A stretch of 64,000 nt of DNA, from contig JAHYIR010000003.1 of assembly GCA_019429305.1 (NCBI GenBank), positions 9,852-73,851 of the forward strand, written 5' to 3'. Position 1 is the first letter of the stretch. Every line of letters begins with the position of its first letter. The notes under the pieces are model-generated. The model had not been told where the DNA came from. It did no database searches and worked only from the letters and a program-made list of their open reading frames with translations. Position numbers and translations under genes: made by a program. Shown in pieces: positions 34,330 to 43,839 of the stretch. Origin of the DNA: Candidatus Cloacimonadota bacterium. Its GTDB lineage: Bacteria > Cloacimonadota > Cloacimonadia > Cloacimonadales > JAJBBL01.

Positions 34330-35519
34330 TGTCTAAACCGTTAGAGAATGTTCGTGTTTTGGACTTAACTAGAGTTTTGGCAGGTCCTTTTTGCACAATG
34401 GTATTGAGCGATCTGGGTGCTGAGATAGTGAAGGTCGAAATACCCGGAAAAGGGGACGACTCGCGTGCCTTTGGTCCCTTTCATGAACATAGAAGTCTTT
34501 ATTTCATCAGCATAAATCGTGGCAAGAAGAGCATTTCTCTCAATCTGAAGCATCCCCGAGGGAATAAGATCTTATTAGATCTAATTCCTCACTTTGATGT
34601 GATCATAGAGAACTTTCGACCAAGGACAATGGAAAAACTCGGTTTAGGTTATGAAGTACTGAAAGAACTCAATCCTCGACTTATTTATGCAGCTTCTTCC
34701 GGATTCGGACATACAGGACCATATTCACCTCTCCCTGCTTATGATATTCTTGTACAGGCAATGGGTGGCATCATGAGTATTACCGGCTGGAAAGACACAC
34801 CACCCACAAGAGTAGGAATGTCTTTAGGAGATATTACTGCTTCACTCTTTACTGCTATCGGAGTAACTTCGGCACTTTATGGAAGAGAGAAGAGCGGATT
34901 AGGAGAGAAGATAGATATTGCTATGCTGGACTGTCAGGTAGCAATTCTGGAAAATGCTATGTTGAGATTACAGGCAGAAGGTAAAAGTCCTGAGCCGATA
35001 GGTAATCGTCATCCTACAATTTCTCCCTTTCAGGCATATAAGGGATCAGATGAGTACTTTGTTCTTGCTATCGGAAATGATTCTCTCTGGAGTATATTCT
35101 GTCAGGCAATCCAAAAGCCGGAACTATTGGAAGATCAGCGGTTTAAAAGCAATAAATTTAGAACAGAGCATCTTAAAGAGCTCAATGCAATACTGGAGCC
35201 GATATTTATTTCCAAAACTGCTCAAGAGTGGCTTGATTTATTTGCCCAAACTCATATCCCAAGTGCTCCTATTAACGATATTAACAAAGTTATGCAAGAT
35301 CCTCAGGTCAATGCCCGTAACATGATATTAGAGGTTGAAGATGAAATAGCCGGAAAAGTAAAAATTGCCGGTAATCCTATAAAGATGAAATCTATATCTG
35401 AAAGTCAAACTCGCCCTAAAGCTCCGGAAATAGGTGAACATAACAAGGAAATATATACCAGTTTATTAGAACTGACTACTGAAGAACTTGAAGAATTGAA
35501 AAATGAAGGAGTAATCTAA
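34329..35519 (+). CDS. Family III CoA-transferase (CaiB/BaiF/Frc family)
   Basis: N-terminal VRVLDLTRVLAGPFCTMVLSDLGAEIVKVE. 396 aa. The start overlaps the stop of the Mo subunit. Confidence 0.85.
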   Translation: MSKPLENVRVLDLTRVLAGPFCTMVLSDLGAEIVKVEIPGKGDDSRAFGPFHEHRSLYFISINRGKKSISLNLKHPRGNKILLDLIPHFDVIIENFRPRTMEKLGLGYEVLKELNPRLIYAASSGFGHTGPYSPLPAYDILVQAMGGIMSITGWKDTPPTRVGMSLGDITASLFTAIGVTSALYGREKSGLGEKIDIAMLDCQVAILENAMLRLQAEGKSPEPIGNRHPTISPFQAYKGSDEYFVLAIGNDSLWSIFCQAIQKPELLEDQRFKSNKFRTEHLKELNAILEPIFISKTAQEWLDLFAQTHIPSAPINDINKVMQDPQVNARNMILEVEDEIAGKVKIAGNPIKMKSISESQTRPKAPEIGEHNKEIYTSLLELTTEELEELKNEGVI

Positions 35520-35521
35520 AG

Positions 35522-36823
35522 ATGTACTATTCTCCGATATCTTTGAAGAATCTTGCCCATGATCTGAGAAGTGGCAAACTGCCTCTGTCGGATTATATCG
35601 AACAGACCTTAAGAAGAATGGAAGAGATTGAGCCGATAATACACTCATTTATACCAGAAGAAAAGAGGGATATTCGACTGCTATTCGAAGCAAAAGCACT
35701 TTTAGAGAGATATCCTGATCCCTATGAGAGACCACCTCTTTTTGGCGTTTTAGTTGGAGTTAAAGATATAATAAATGTAGATCGTCTTCAAACTTTAGCA
35801 GGGTCAAAACTACCACCGGAAGTTTTTCAAGGAGAAGAGGCAGATATCGTAACTATTTTGAAAAGTGCCGGAGCTATTATTTTAGGTAAAACAGTTTGTA
35901 CCGAGTTTGCATACTTTCAACCGGGAGAAACGACTAATCCTCATAATCCCAAACATACACCGGGAGGGTCAAGTAGTGGTTCTGCCGCAGCAGTAGCTGC
36001 CGGCATATCTCCATTGACGGTTGGTACTCAAACCATTGCATCTGTTATCAGACCTGCTGCCTATTGCGGTGTTGTTGGATTCAAACCGAGTTATGGCAGA
36101 GTATCCATGTGCGGAGTTTTTCCGTTAGCTAAATCGGCAGATCATCTTGGCTTTTTTACAGCGGATGTTGAGAGTATGAAGTTAGTGGTCAGATCGGTTA
36201 TTAGTAATTGGCACAAAATTACTGCTAAGAAAAAACCACTTCTCGCTATTCCCGCTTCTGAATTTCTCAATCAGGCAGAACCGGCTACTCTACAATCATT
36301 TAATAGAACTCTCAAACTTTTTACCAAAGCCGGATTTGAGATACGTGCTACGACACTCTTTAAGAATATCGAACTGATCAACGAACTGCATCAAGAATTA
36401 CTTGCTGCAGAATTTGCTGTGCAACATCATGAAATCTTTTGGGAGCATTTTAAACTCTATTCAGAACATTCTAAAAGTCTATATAAGAAAGGACTTCATA
36501 TCAGAGCGGAAAAAGTAAAAGCAATACGTGAACAGCAACTCATAATGCGCTACGAGGTTACGGAAAAGATGGAAGAAAAAGGGATAGACCTTTTGTTAAC
36601 TCCAGCAGCTACACGATCTGCTCCCTTAGGACTAAATTCAACCGGTAGTCCGTTAATGAGTCTTCCCTGGACTTTTGCCGGTTTACCATCAATCACTATT
36701 CCTTCAGATAATAACAGAAAAGGGTTACCTTTAGGTCTGCAACTTATCGCTCCTTATGGAGAGGACGAGAATCTTCTTGCCTATGCCAAAGTACTTAACG
36801 AGATAATAAATTGCAGCGTATAA
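35522..36823 (+). CDS. Amidase-signature family amidase
   Basis: GGSSSGSAAAVAAG signature and VGVKDII (catalytic Lys context). 433 aa. Starts 2 nt after the CoA-transferase stop. Confidence 0.85.
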   Translation: MYYSPISLKNLAHDLRSGKLPLSDYIEQTLRRMEEIEPIIHSFIPEEKRDIRLLFEAKALLERYPDPYERPPLFGVLVGVKDIINVDRLQTLAGSKLPPEVFQGEEADIVTILKSAGAIILGKTVCTEFAYFQPGETTNPHNPKHTPGGSSSGSAAAVAAGISPLTVGTQTIASVIRPAAYCGVVGFKPSYGRVSMCGVFPLAKSADHLGFFTADVESMKLVVRSVISNWHKITAKKKPLLAIPASEFLNQAEPATLQSFNRTLKLFTKAGFEIRATTLFKNIELINELHQELLAAEFAVQHHEIFWEHFKLYSEHSKSLYKKGLHIRAEKVKAIREQQLIMRYEVTEKMEEKGIDLLLTPAATRSAPLGLNSTGSPLMSLPWTFAGLPSITIPSDNNRKGLPLGLQLIAPYGEDENLLAYAKVLNEIINCSV

Positions 36824-36873
36824 AACTTGTATGATTTTCCAGAAGGTATCCTCCAGAGCTTATAAAGATGTTG

Positions 36874-38874
36874 CTATTTGATCAACACCATCTTCCTTAT
36901 TTCTGAATGATCTTCTGTAGTTAATATATAGAAATAGACTCCACTACCAACAACTCTGTTATTGCTATCTGTTCCATCCCAGGATACTTGATGTTCACCG
37001 ATGGTCATAATGTCATCTACCAGTGTGTTGACGAGTTGCCCTTTGATATTATAGATTGACAGAGTAACTTTTTCAGTTTGGAGCAGATTGAAACGGATAG
37101 TAGTTATTGGGTTGAAAGGATTGGGATAATTAGAGTAGAGTCTGTTTTGTACAGGATGTGCTAAATTATCTTCATCATTACTCTGATAATCCTGATAATC
37201 AAAAAACAGAAAGTGAATTCTAGCTGTATCCGGGTCGAGAAATTCTATTAGCTGTGTCGGGTAAAGATATGCCGGTATTATACCCTCTAATTCCGCTTGA
37301 TAATGATCGCTTTCAGGATAAGTGCTTAAAATATGCTGGTTATCAGGTAACCATGTTTGTCCGTAATCTCTGGTATGCATAATGTAAATATCAGAGTTAT
37401 TTTCATTATAGATACTCTCTTGAAAGACCACAAAAAAATCACTATTCTTATGAGATACACGGACATAATTCTCAGTCTCAAAATCTTCCTCATTAGATGT
37501 CCAGACAGGCCATGAGTAGGTCATTATTAAGTTACCATCGTTATCATATTCCCATTCTCCATCTCCTTCCGGATCCCAAGGCAGATAAGGTTGAGCAGAG
37601 GGGTTATCACTACGGGGATGTACATCTGATATTGTGAATTCTCCTGTGTCGAATGAGAAGTTGAGAAATTTCACATATCCCTGATCAGGAAAGAAATCAT
37701 CACCTCGTCCAGCTGATAGACGGTATATGCAGCTAAAAACTACAGTTTCCATATCGGTTACAACAGCACTAAATCGTGGAGCAAATGGAACCAGATACAA
37801 ATTATCATAAGGAATACCAACATCATTAGTGAAATAATCATCAGGATTTTCAACAGGTATGTTAGCTTCCTGCAGATACAAATCCCAATCTTCTTCTGAA
37901 CTTCCTTCACCATAATTCGTGTTTACCAGTACAAATAGGACATCATTATCACTGTAACCTTCAACCCAATTAGGATCATTATAAGTACCCCAATCATAAA
38001 GAGTACCTGTGATAATAACCTTGCCCGAATCAGAGACAGTGAAATCACTATAAGCCCTAATACCCTGCATTGCCCAATCACGCATGTAGGGGACTTCATA
38101 ATGAGTCCAATCATTTGCACTGTAGTTTGACAAGTCACTGGGATGAGAAAAATCTACATAAGCGAGATAAGCGTTATAACTGGGGTTTAGGTTTCCTATC
38201 TCATGGTTATTAAAGCCCACAACATAGACTCTTTTCATTCCGGGATTGGGTGAAGGACCGATCTTGACGACAGGATAGATATATTCTTCACCAAGAACCG
38301 GATTATCAATGACAACAGAGGCACTTTCCCATAAACCAGGAATCCCGATCAGGTCATATTGATCGAAAGAGAAACAGATTACTCTCTCCTGATCAATATT
38401 AGCATAAGGGCTATGCCAGACAACAAATGGATCTCCGGTTTCCATATCCATATCTATGGTAGGAAACCCATCAGGTCCTGCACCGCCAAGATATATCAAA
38501 GAAGGACCAGAAACTATATAGCCATCTTGTAGATATGCATAGCTGATTCTTTTAGCACTGCCTTGTGCAGGGGCTGCTTGATAAATAACATATATTCCGC
38601 CACCATTGTGAATTCCTGCAGGTTGTGGTTGTTTTATGAGCGGATAAGAAGTGTGTCCTCCCGGGAAATAACCATAATAGGAATATCCCAAGCCGATGGG
38701 ACCATAAACAATTTGATAATTTTGGCGAGCATCCCTTGATAATAATGGGAAATCAATCGCCATATACAAAATAGAGCCACCGGTATTATAACTGTACTGT
38801 TCAACGGGCTGGCTCCATAATTCAATACACCCTAAACTTAATGAAAGCAGGATGAAAAGAGCAAATTTTTTCAT
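36874..38874 (-). CDS. Secreted protein with a T9SS-type C-terminal sorting domain
   Basis: Signal peptide MKKFALFILLSLSLGC. The C-terminal ~80 aa NYPNPFNPITTIRFNL...LSIYNIKGQLV...GVYFYIL is typical of Por/T9SS (FlgD-Ig-like) tails. Confidence 0.7.
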   Translation of the reverse strand: MKKFALFILLSLSLGCIELWSQPVEQYSYNTGGSILYMAIDFPLLSRDARQNYQIVYGPIGLGYSYYGYFPGGHTSYPLIKQPQPAGIHNGGGIYVIYQAAPAQGSAKRISYAYLQDGYIVSGPSLIYLGGAGPDGFPTIDMDMETGDPFVVWHSPYANIDQERVICFSFDQYDLIGIPGLWESASVVIDNPVLGEEYIYPVVKIGPSPNPGMKRVYVVGFNNHEIGNLNPSYNAYLAYVDFSHPSDLSNYSANDWTHYEVPYMRDWAMQGIRAYSDFTVSDSGKVIITGTLYDWGTYNDPNWVEGYSDNDVLFVLVNTNYGEGSSEEDWDLYLQEANIPVENPDDYFTNDVGIPYDNLYLVPFAPRFSAVVTDMETVVFSCIYRLSAGRGDDFFPDQGYVKFLNFSFDTGEFTISDVHPRSDNPSAQPYLPWDPEGDGEWEYDNDGNLIMTYSWPVWTSNEEDFETENYVRVSHKNSDFFVVFQESIYNENNSDIYIMHTRDYGQTWLPDNQHILSTYPESDHYQAELEGIIPAYLYPTQLIEFLDPDTARIHFLFFDYQDYQSNDEDNLAHPVQNRLYSNYPNPFNPITTIRFNLLQTEKVTLSIYNIKGQLVNTLVDDIMTIGEHQVSWDGTDSNNRVVGSGVYFYILTTEDHSEIRKMVLIK

Positions 38875-38947
38875 TTTTCTCTCCTTCCCTTTTGGGTTTT
38901 TGTTTTTCTTGTTTCGCGAAATGATTATTCTTACTGATACACCTTCT

Positions 38948-41044
38948 TTACTTCAACATTATCATCTTTCGAGTAATGATCTCTTTTTCTGTGATCAATT
39001 GATAGAGATAAATACCGGAAGGCATCTCTCTTCTCTGCTCATCTAAACCATTCCAGAAATATTGATACTCTCCTGCAGCTATAAATTCATCAAGAAGAGT
39101 CTTTAACTTCTGTCCTTTGAGATTATAAATAATGAGTTTAACATGTGTCGGTTCTGATACAGTGAATTTAATAATGGTTTCCGGATTAAAGGGATTGGGA
39201 ATATTCTGATTGAGCGAGGTAACTAGGGGAGTATTAACGGTATCTGTAATATTAGTATAACCTGCAGAAACAACATTAGAGGGTTCTGACTCATAAAGAT
39301 CATCATAAAGAGCAATAACATAGTAATCATTCATGCCGAGTGGCGGTTCTGTATCAACAAAGAATAGTTCAACCGTTTCAATTAGTAATTCTCCGTTGCG
39401 GTAGAGTCTATAAGCAGTTAATTCTCTGAGGGTTGTGGGAGGTAACCACCAAAGATTTATTATATAGTAAGATGTATCGACTTCTGCTTCTAAATTCAGA
39501 GGAGGTAATAGGACAATTTCTATTTCGATCAAGTTTGAAGGGTCTGATTCAATTTCATCTTCATAAATTGCTGTTACATGATACTGATATACTCCATTAT
39601 CTCTTCCGGTTGTTTGATAATAGAGCAATGCAAGATCTTCAATTTCAGTTAATAAGAGATCATTCTCATAAATATTGTATCCGATCACCTGCATTGTCGA
39701 GGGGAGAGGTTCTTCCCAAGTAAGATAGATTTCATTGATATTAATTATATCAGCAGTTAAATTATGCGGAGGATGGTACTCTGCTACGATCTCTCCTTCG
39801 ATAATCATACCGTAGATGTCATAATATTGATTTTGATTTCGGGAATCTTCCCAAGCTACGAGAAAATCCTGCATGTCAGATGCAACAGCTGGTTCATCTT
39901 GATGATAAATGGCAGTACAGATGGGAATTTCGTCAGTAGCAAATGAACCATTAGCATTAATAACTCTACCATACACGTCATACCAGAGTTGCTGACGATC
40001 ACTGACATCAACACCAGCTGCTATATGAATCTCCTCTCGTTCTCTATTTTCGAAAGAACGAGAAGAAGAACGGTAAAAATCCTGTTGCCAAGTAACAAGA
40101 AATTGGCTTCCATTACTACCGATATCGGGCCAGCTTCTCTCCATATTACCTACAACTATACTAATAGGGATATGATCACCGACAAGATTACCGGAAGTAT
40201 CAACCAATTGACCATATATGCTCTTATTATTTGGATTGTCTCTCGAATCTGCCCAGACAACAAGGAAATGTGTGCCGTTAAAAGCTGTTTGAACGAGGAA
40301 CTGATTAGCTACTTCTGTTGTTATAATGATGTTATCTCCAACCATATCTCCTGCGGGAGAAACAAACTGGGCATAGATACACCGTGAGCCAGTCCGACTA
40401 TCGTCCCAATCCACAAAATATTTAGTACCATCGAAGACGATATCGGGATAGATCTGAGCCGTATTTGCCGGTAAGTCTGGAGGTCTGATAGAGAAATTCT
40501 GACCGATCAGAGTACCAGTAGAGCTAACAAACTGAGCTCTAATGTGTGCTTCTTGAGTAGGCATACCCTCCTGCCAGATAACAAGGTAGTTTTCTCCATC
40601 ATAAGCCGTTCGAATAAAAGAGGCACTAAGAGTATTGCCGATAGAAACAGGGAAAGAAGCACCTAGAGGTTGCCCTGATTCATTCAAACGGCGAGCATAA
40701 GTATCTCTGGTGTAGTTATAGGGTCCTCTTTGCCTTGACCAAACGAAGAGATATTGATCGTCTCCCCAAGCGAGATGATGCATAAAAGACATAGCGTTGT
40801 GAGCTGGAACAACTTCGGTTTCTCCCGCTAATACATCTCCTTCAGGAGTAACGAATTTTCCGTAAAAACCGTAAGAGCTCGCTCCACCCCGTTTATCAAC
40901 GAAGACGACATAGTAATTTTCTTCGTCGAAAACTATTTGTGGATACGTTTGGCTATAAGTGCCTGTTGCTATTGGAAATTCTTCTGCCCAAAGGTTTAAA
41001 CTTATTATGACAAATAGAAAAGAGATCAAAGTTATTTTTAACAT
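38948..41044 (-). CDS. Secreted repeat protein (about seven propeller-like repeats, two FN3-like modules, T9SS C-terminal sorting domain)
   Basis: The start is placed at the ATG at 41044 (GGAGGG upstream; signal peptide MLKITLISFLFVIISLNLWA). Recurring units of the form YLVxW..R....IYGQxV...G...G. The tail is NIPNPFNPETIIKF...LIIYNLKGQKL...GIYLYQL. Confidence 0.7.
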   Translation of the reverse strand: MLKITLISFLFVIISLNLWAEEFPIATGTYSQTYPQIVFDEENYYVVFVDKRGGASSYGFYGKFVTPEGDVLAGETEVVPAHNAMSFMHHLAWGDDQYLFVWSRQRGPYNYTRDTYARRLNESGQPLGASFPVSIGNTLSASFIRTAYDGENYLVIWQEGMPTQEAHIRAQFVSSTGTLIGQNFSIRPPDLPANTAQIYPDIVFDGTKYFVDWDDSRTGSRCIYAQFVSPAGDMVGDNIIITTEVANQFLVQTAFNGTHFLVVWADSRDNPNNKSIYGQLVDTSGNLVGDHIPISIVVGNMERSWPDIGSNGSQFLVTWQQDFYRSSSRSFENREREEIHIAAGVDVSDRQQLWYDVYGRVINANGSFATDEIPICTAIYHQDEPAVASDMQDFLVAWEDSRNQNQYYDIYGMIIEGEIVAEYHPPHNLTADIININEIYLTWEEPLPSTMQVIGYNIYENDLLLTEIEDLALLYYQTTGRDNGVYQYHVTAIYEDEIESDPSNLIEIEIVLLPPLNLEAEVDTSYYIINLWWLPPTTLRELTAYRLYRNGELLIETVELFFVDTEPPLGMNDYYVIALYDDLYESEPSNVVSAGYTNITDTVNTPLVTSLNQNIPNPFNPETIIKFTVSEPTHVKLIIYNLKGQKLKTLLDEFIAAGEYQYFWNGLDEQRREMPSGIYLYQLITEKEIITRKMIMLK

Positions 41045-41383
41045 TTTTCCCTCCGAAAAGCTATTGGTTGCTTTCTCATTATTTATACACATGCTATGGT
41101 CAAAAAGTCAAGTAGTTTTTTTAACCATAGTAGAAAGATCGTCGATGTTGGGTATTGTATCTATAAGAGATGAAGTGATTAAGAATAAGTAATGAAATGT
41201 GCTTAATTTTTTAGCTAAGATTAGGTTTGATAGACAAAAAAATCAAGGAATAAAGGATTTTAAAAGCTACTCCCATAACCCATCAGAGATAAAAGCTTTA
41301 TGTAATGAATAGGTTTAAAAAAACCTTGCAATGATTTTCAGATTGGAAAAGATGTCACAAAATTGTGTAAATGGAGAGCTTAT

Positions 41384-42721
41384 ATGGGTTTAAAGACCTT
41401 TCCCGGCGGAATACATAGTGATGATTTCAAGCGCTATTCCAAGAATTCTCCGATAGAGCTTTTTCTGATACCCGAGAGGGTAGTGATCCCACTTAGCCAA
41501 CATATAGGAGCACCTTCCAAACCGATAGTAAAAGTGGGTGACAGCGTTAAGACTGGTCAGTTGATATGTGAAGCTGGTGGTTTTGTTTCCATCCCAATGC
41601 ATGCAAGCATAACGGGCAAGGTAACAAAGATTGGTAGGTTTCCTCACCCAATAGGTAATATGCAGTATGCTATCGAGATAATTGGTAATGGTACAGATGA
41701 ATGGGTTGAGTTGGTAGATGATGAGAATTTTATGGAACTATCAGTTGAAGAGATGCGCAACAGGATCAGTGATGCAGGAATCTGTGGGATGGGTGGTGCC
41801 GGATTTCCAACTCATGTCAAACTATCACCCCCTCCGGATAAGAAGATCGATACGGTGATCATCAATGGAGTAGAGTGTGAACCTTATCTGACGGCTGACT
41901 ATCGACTCATGCTGGAGCGTAGTGAAGACATCTTGAAAGGTTTAAGGATCTTCATGAAGATAGTCGGAGCAAAGAAAGGTTATATCGGAATAGAGGCAAA
42001 TAAGCCCGATGCTATTTCACTCTTCAAACAAATATTAGCTAAGGAAAAGGATCTAGAAGTCGTAGGATTACAACTTAAATATCCGCAGGGAGCTGAGAAG
42101 CAGCTTATTTATGCTTGCACGCAGCGTAAAGTTCCCAATAAGGGCGGTTTGCCGATGGATGTGGGGGTAATTGTTCAAAATGTAGGGACAGCAATAGCTT
42201 CTTATGAGGCAGTCCGCTATAAGAAACCTCTTATTGACAGAGTAATTACCGTAACCGGTAGAATTGTCAACAAACCGAAGAACTTGCAAGCCCGGATTGG
42301 TTCTCTGTTTAATGAATTATTAGATCATTGTGCAGGTACCAGTGAGGAAATTGCCAAAATAATATCCGGCGGTCCGATGATGGGTTACGCCATATCAACC
42401 CTCAATACCCCTTTAGCAAAAGGTAGTTCCGGTCTAATTCTTTTCGACAGTCAAGAAGCAAAGAAACGTAATGAACAAACCTGTATCAGGTGCTGTAGCT
42501 GTGTGGATGTCTGTCCAATGAATCTGATGCCTAGTATGATAGTTTCCAGTGTACAGAACAATGACTGGGAATCGGCAAGAAGAGCCGGCGCAGTAGATTG
42601 TATAAAATGTGGATGTTGTGCCTATGTTTGCCCGGCACATATCAAGATGATCCAATGGATAGATATAGGAAAGAATAAGATAACAGAAATAGATAGAACA
42701 AAGAAAGAGAAACAGTCATGA
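41384..42721 (+). CDS. rnfC: Rnf complex subunit C
   Basis: MGLKTFPGGIH start, GMGGAGFPT, and two motifs CIRCCSCVDVCP and CIKCGCCAYVCP. ATG at 41384 is preceded by GGAGAG. Confidence 0.9.
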   Translation: MGLKTFPGGIHSDDFKRYSKNSPIELFLIPERVVIPLSQHIGAPSKPIVKVGDSVKTGQLICEAGGFVSIPMHASITGKVTKIGRFPHPIGNMQYAIEIIGNGTDEWVELVDDENFMELSVEEMRNRISDAGICGMGGAGFPTHVKLSPPPDKKIDTVIINGVECEPYLTADYRLMLERSEDILKGLRIFMKIVGAKKGYIGIEANKPDAISLFKQILAKEKDLEVVGLQLKYPQGAEKQLIYACTQRKVPNKGGLPMDVGVIVQNVGTAIASYEAVRYKKPLIDRVITVTGRIVNKPKNLQARIGSLFNELLDHCAGTSEEIAKIISGGPMMGYAISTLNTPLAKGSSGLILFDSQEAKKRNEQTCIRCCSCVDVCPMNLMPSMIVSSVQNNDWESARRAGAVDCIKCGCCAYVCPAHIKMIQWIDIGKNKITEIDRTKKEKQS

Positions 42722-43839
42722 CAAGTGATCAAGTTAAAAAGAAAGAAGAAGCGAAGGGAATGTCGGGGATCTATGCCGTTTCAGCATCCCCGCATATTCA
42801 TCAACCGGTTTCGGTGAAGAAGGTCATGTGGAGTGTTGTTATTGCGCTGATGCCTGCATTGATAGTAGCTGTCTTATTATTTGGCTATAGGGCATTAACC
42901 TTAACGATCTATGGTGTCATAGCGGCAGTCGCTACCGAAGCAATAATTCAGAAACTAAGAAAGAAAGAAGTCTCAATTACAGATGGTAGTGCAGTAATAA
43001 CAGGCATATTAATTTCCTTCAATCTACATGCAGGAGCTCCTTGGTGGATACCTGTTCTCGGTTCTGTCTTTGCCATAGCCATCGGTAAGCATGTTTTCGG
43101 TGGTTTAGGACATAATCCGTTGAATCCTGCACTATTGGGTCGGGTATTCTTAGTTGCTTCTTGGCCGACTTTAACTACAGCCGGCTGGCCTCGCAATGCC
43201 TTCGGAGCAATAAGTGGCATAACAAGTAATTTATCTCAGAGTATTCCTGCGGTAGAGAATTTGGTGACCTCCGCTACCCCTATGGCAGTAGTAAAATCTT
43301 TACGAGACCCTGTCTTTGTCGAATCCATCAAAGAAACAGTGACAGATGCACCGGCGATATTGATGGGAGAGGTAGCAAGTATAAATACCTTACAGAATGT
43401 CTTTTGGGGTAATATAAGTGGCTGTATTGGTGAAGTTTCGGCAGCAGCCCTTCTGTTAGGTGCTATCTATCTTGCCTGGAATAGAATTATCGAGTGGCGC
43501 ATTCCAGTGAGTTATGTCGGTACTGTCTTTGTTTTGACTTTCATCTTTGGTGGTATTGACGGTATTTTTTCTGCCTCTATTCTGCTTCCTCTTTTCCACA
43601 TTTTTAGTGGCGGTTTGATATTAGGTGCCTTTTATATGGCGACGGATATGGTTACGACACCCCTAACAAAAAAGGGGCGTATAATCTTCGGAGCTGGTTG
43701 TGGGCTCTTAACAACGGTAATCCGTTTATACGGAGGATTCCCTGAAGGGGTAACTTTTGCCATCCTTCTAATGAATCTCATTGTTCCTTTAATAGATAAA
43801 TATACCTTGCCAAAGACATTCGGGGAGGTAAAAATATGA
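42718..43839 (+). CDS. rnfD: Rnf complex subunit D
   Basis: Polytopic membrane protein with GAFYMATDMVTTP (FMN attachment context). ATGA overlap with rnfC. Confidence 0.9.
   Translation: MTSDQVKKKEEAKGMSGIYAVSASPHIHQPVSVKKVMWSVVIALMPALIVAVLLFGYRALTLTIYGVIAAVATEAIIQKLRKKEVSITDGSAVITGILISFNLHAGAPWWIPVLGSVFAIAIGKHVFGGLGHNPLNPALLGRVFLVASWPTLTTAGWPRNAFGAISGITSNLSQSIPAVENLVTSATPMAVVKSLRDPVFVESIKETVTDAPAILMGEVASINTLQNVFWGNISGCIGEVSAAALLLGAIYLAWNRIIEWRIPVSYVGTVFVLTFIFGGIDGIFSASILLPLFHIFSGGLILGAFYMATDMVTTPLTKKGRIIFGAGCGLLTTVIRLYGGFPEGVTFAILLMNLIVPLIDKYTLPKTFGEVKI

Noticed and set aside
35050-35325. 91-aa same-strand, off-frame ORF inside the CoA-transferase gene
   Set aside because: It is nested in a well-supported frame and is low-complexity and Leu/Ser-rich. 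I saw no slippery sequence or other frameshifting signal.
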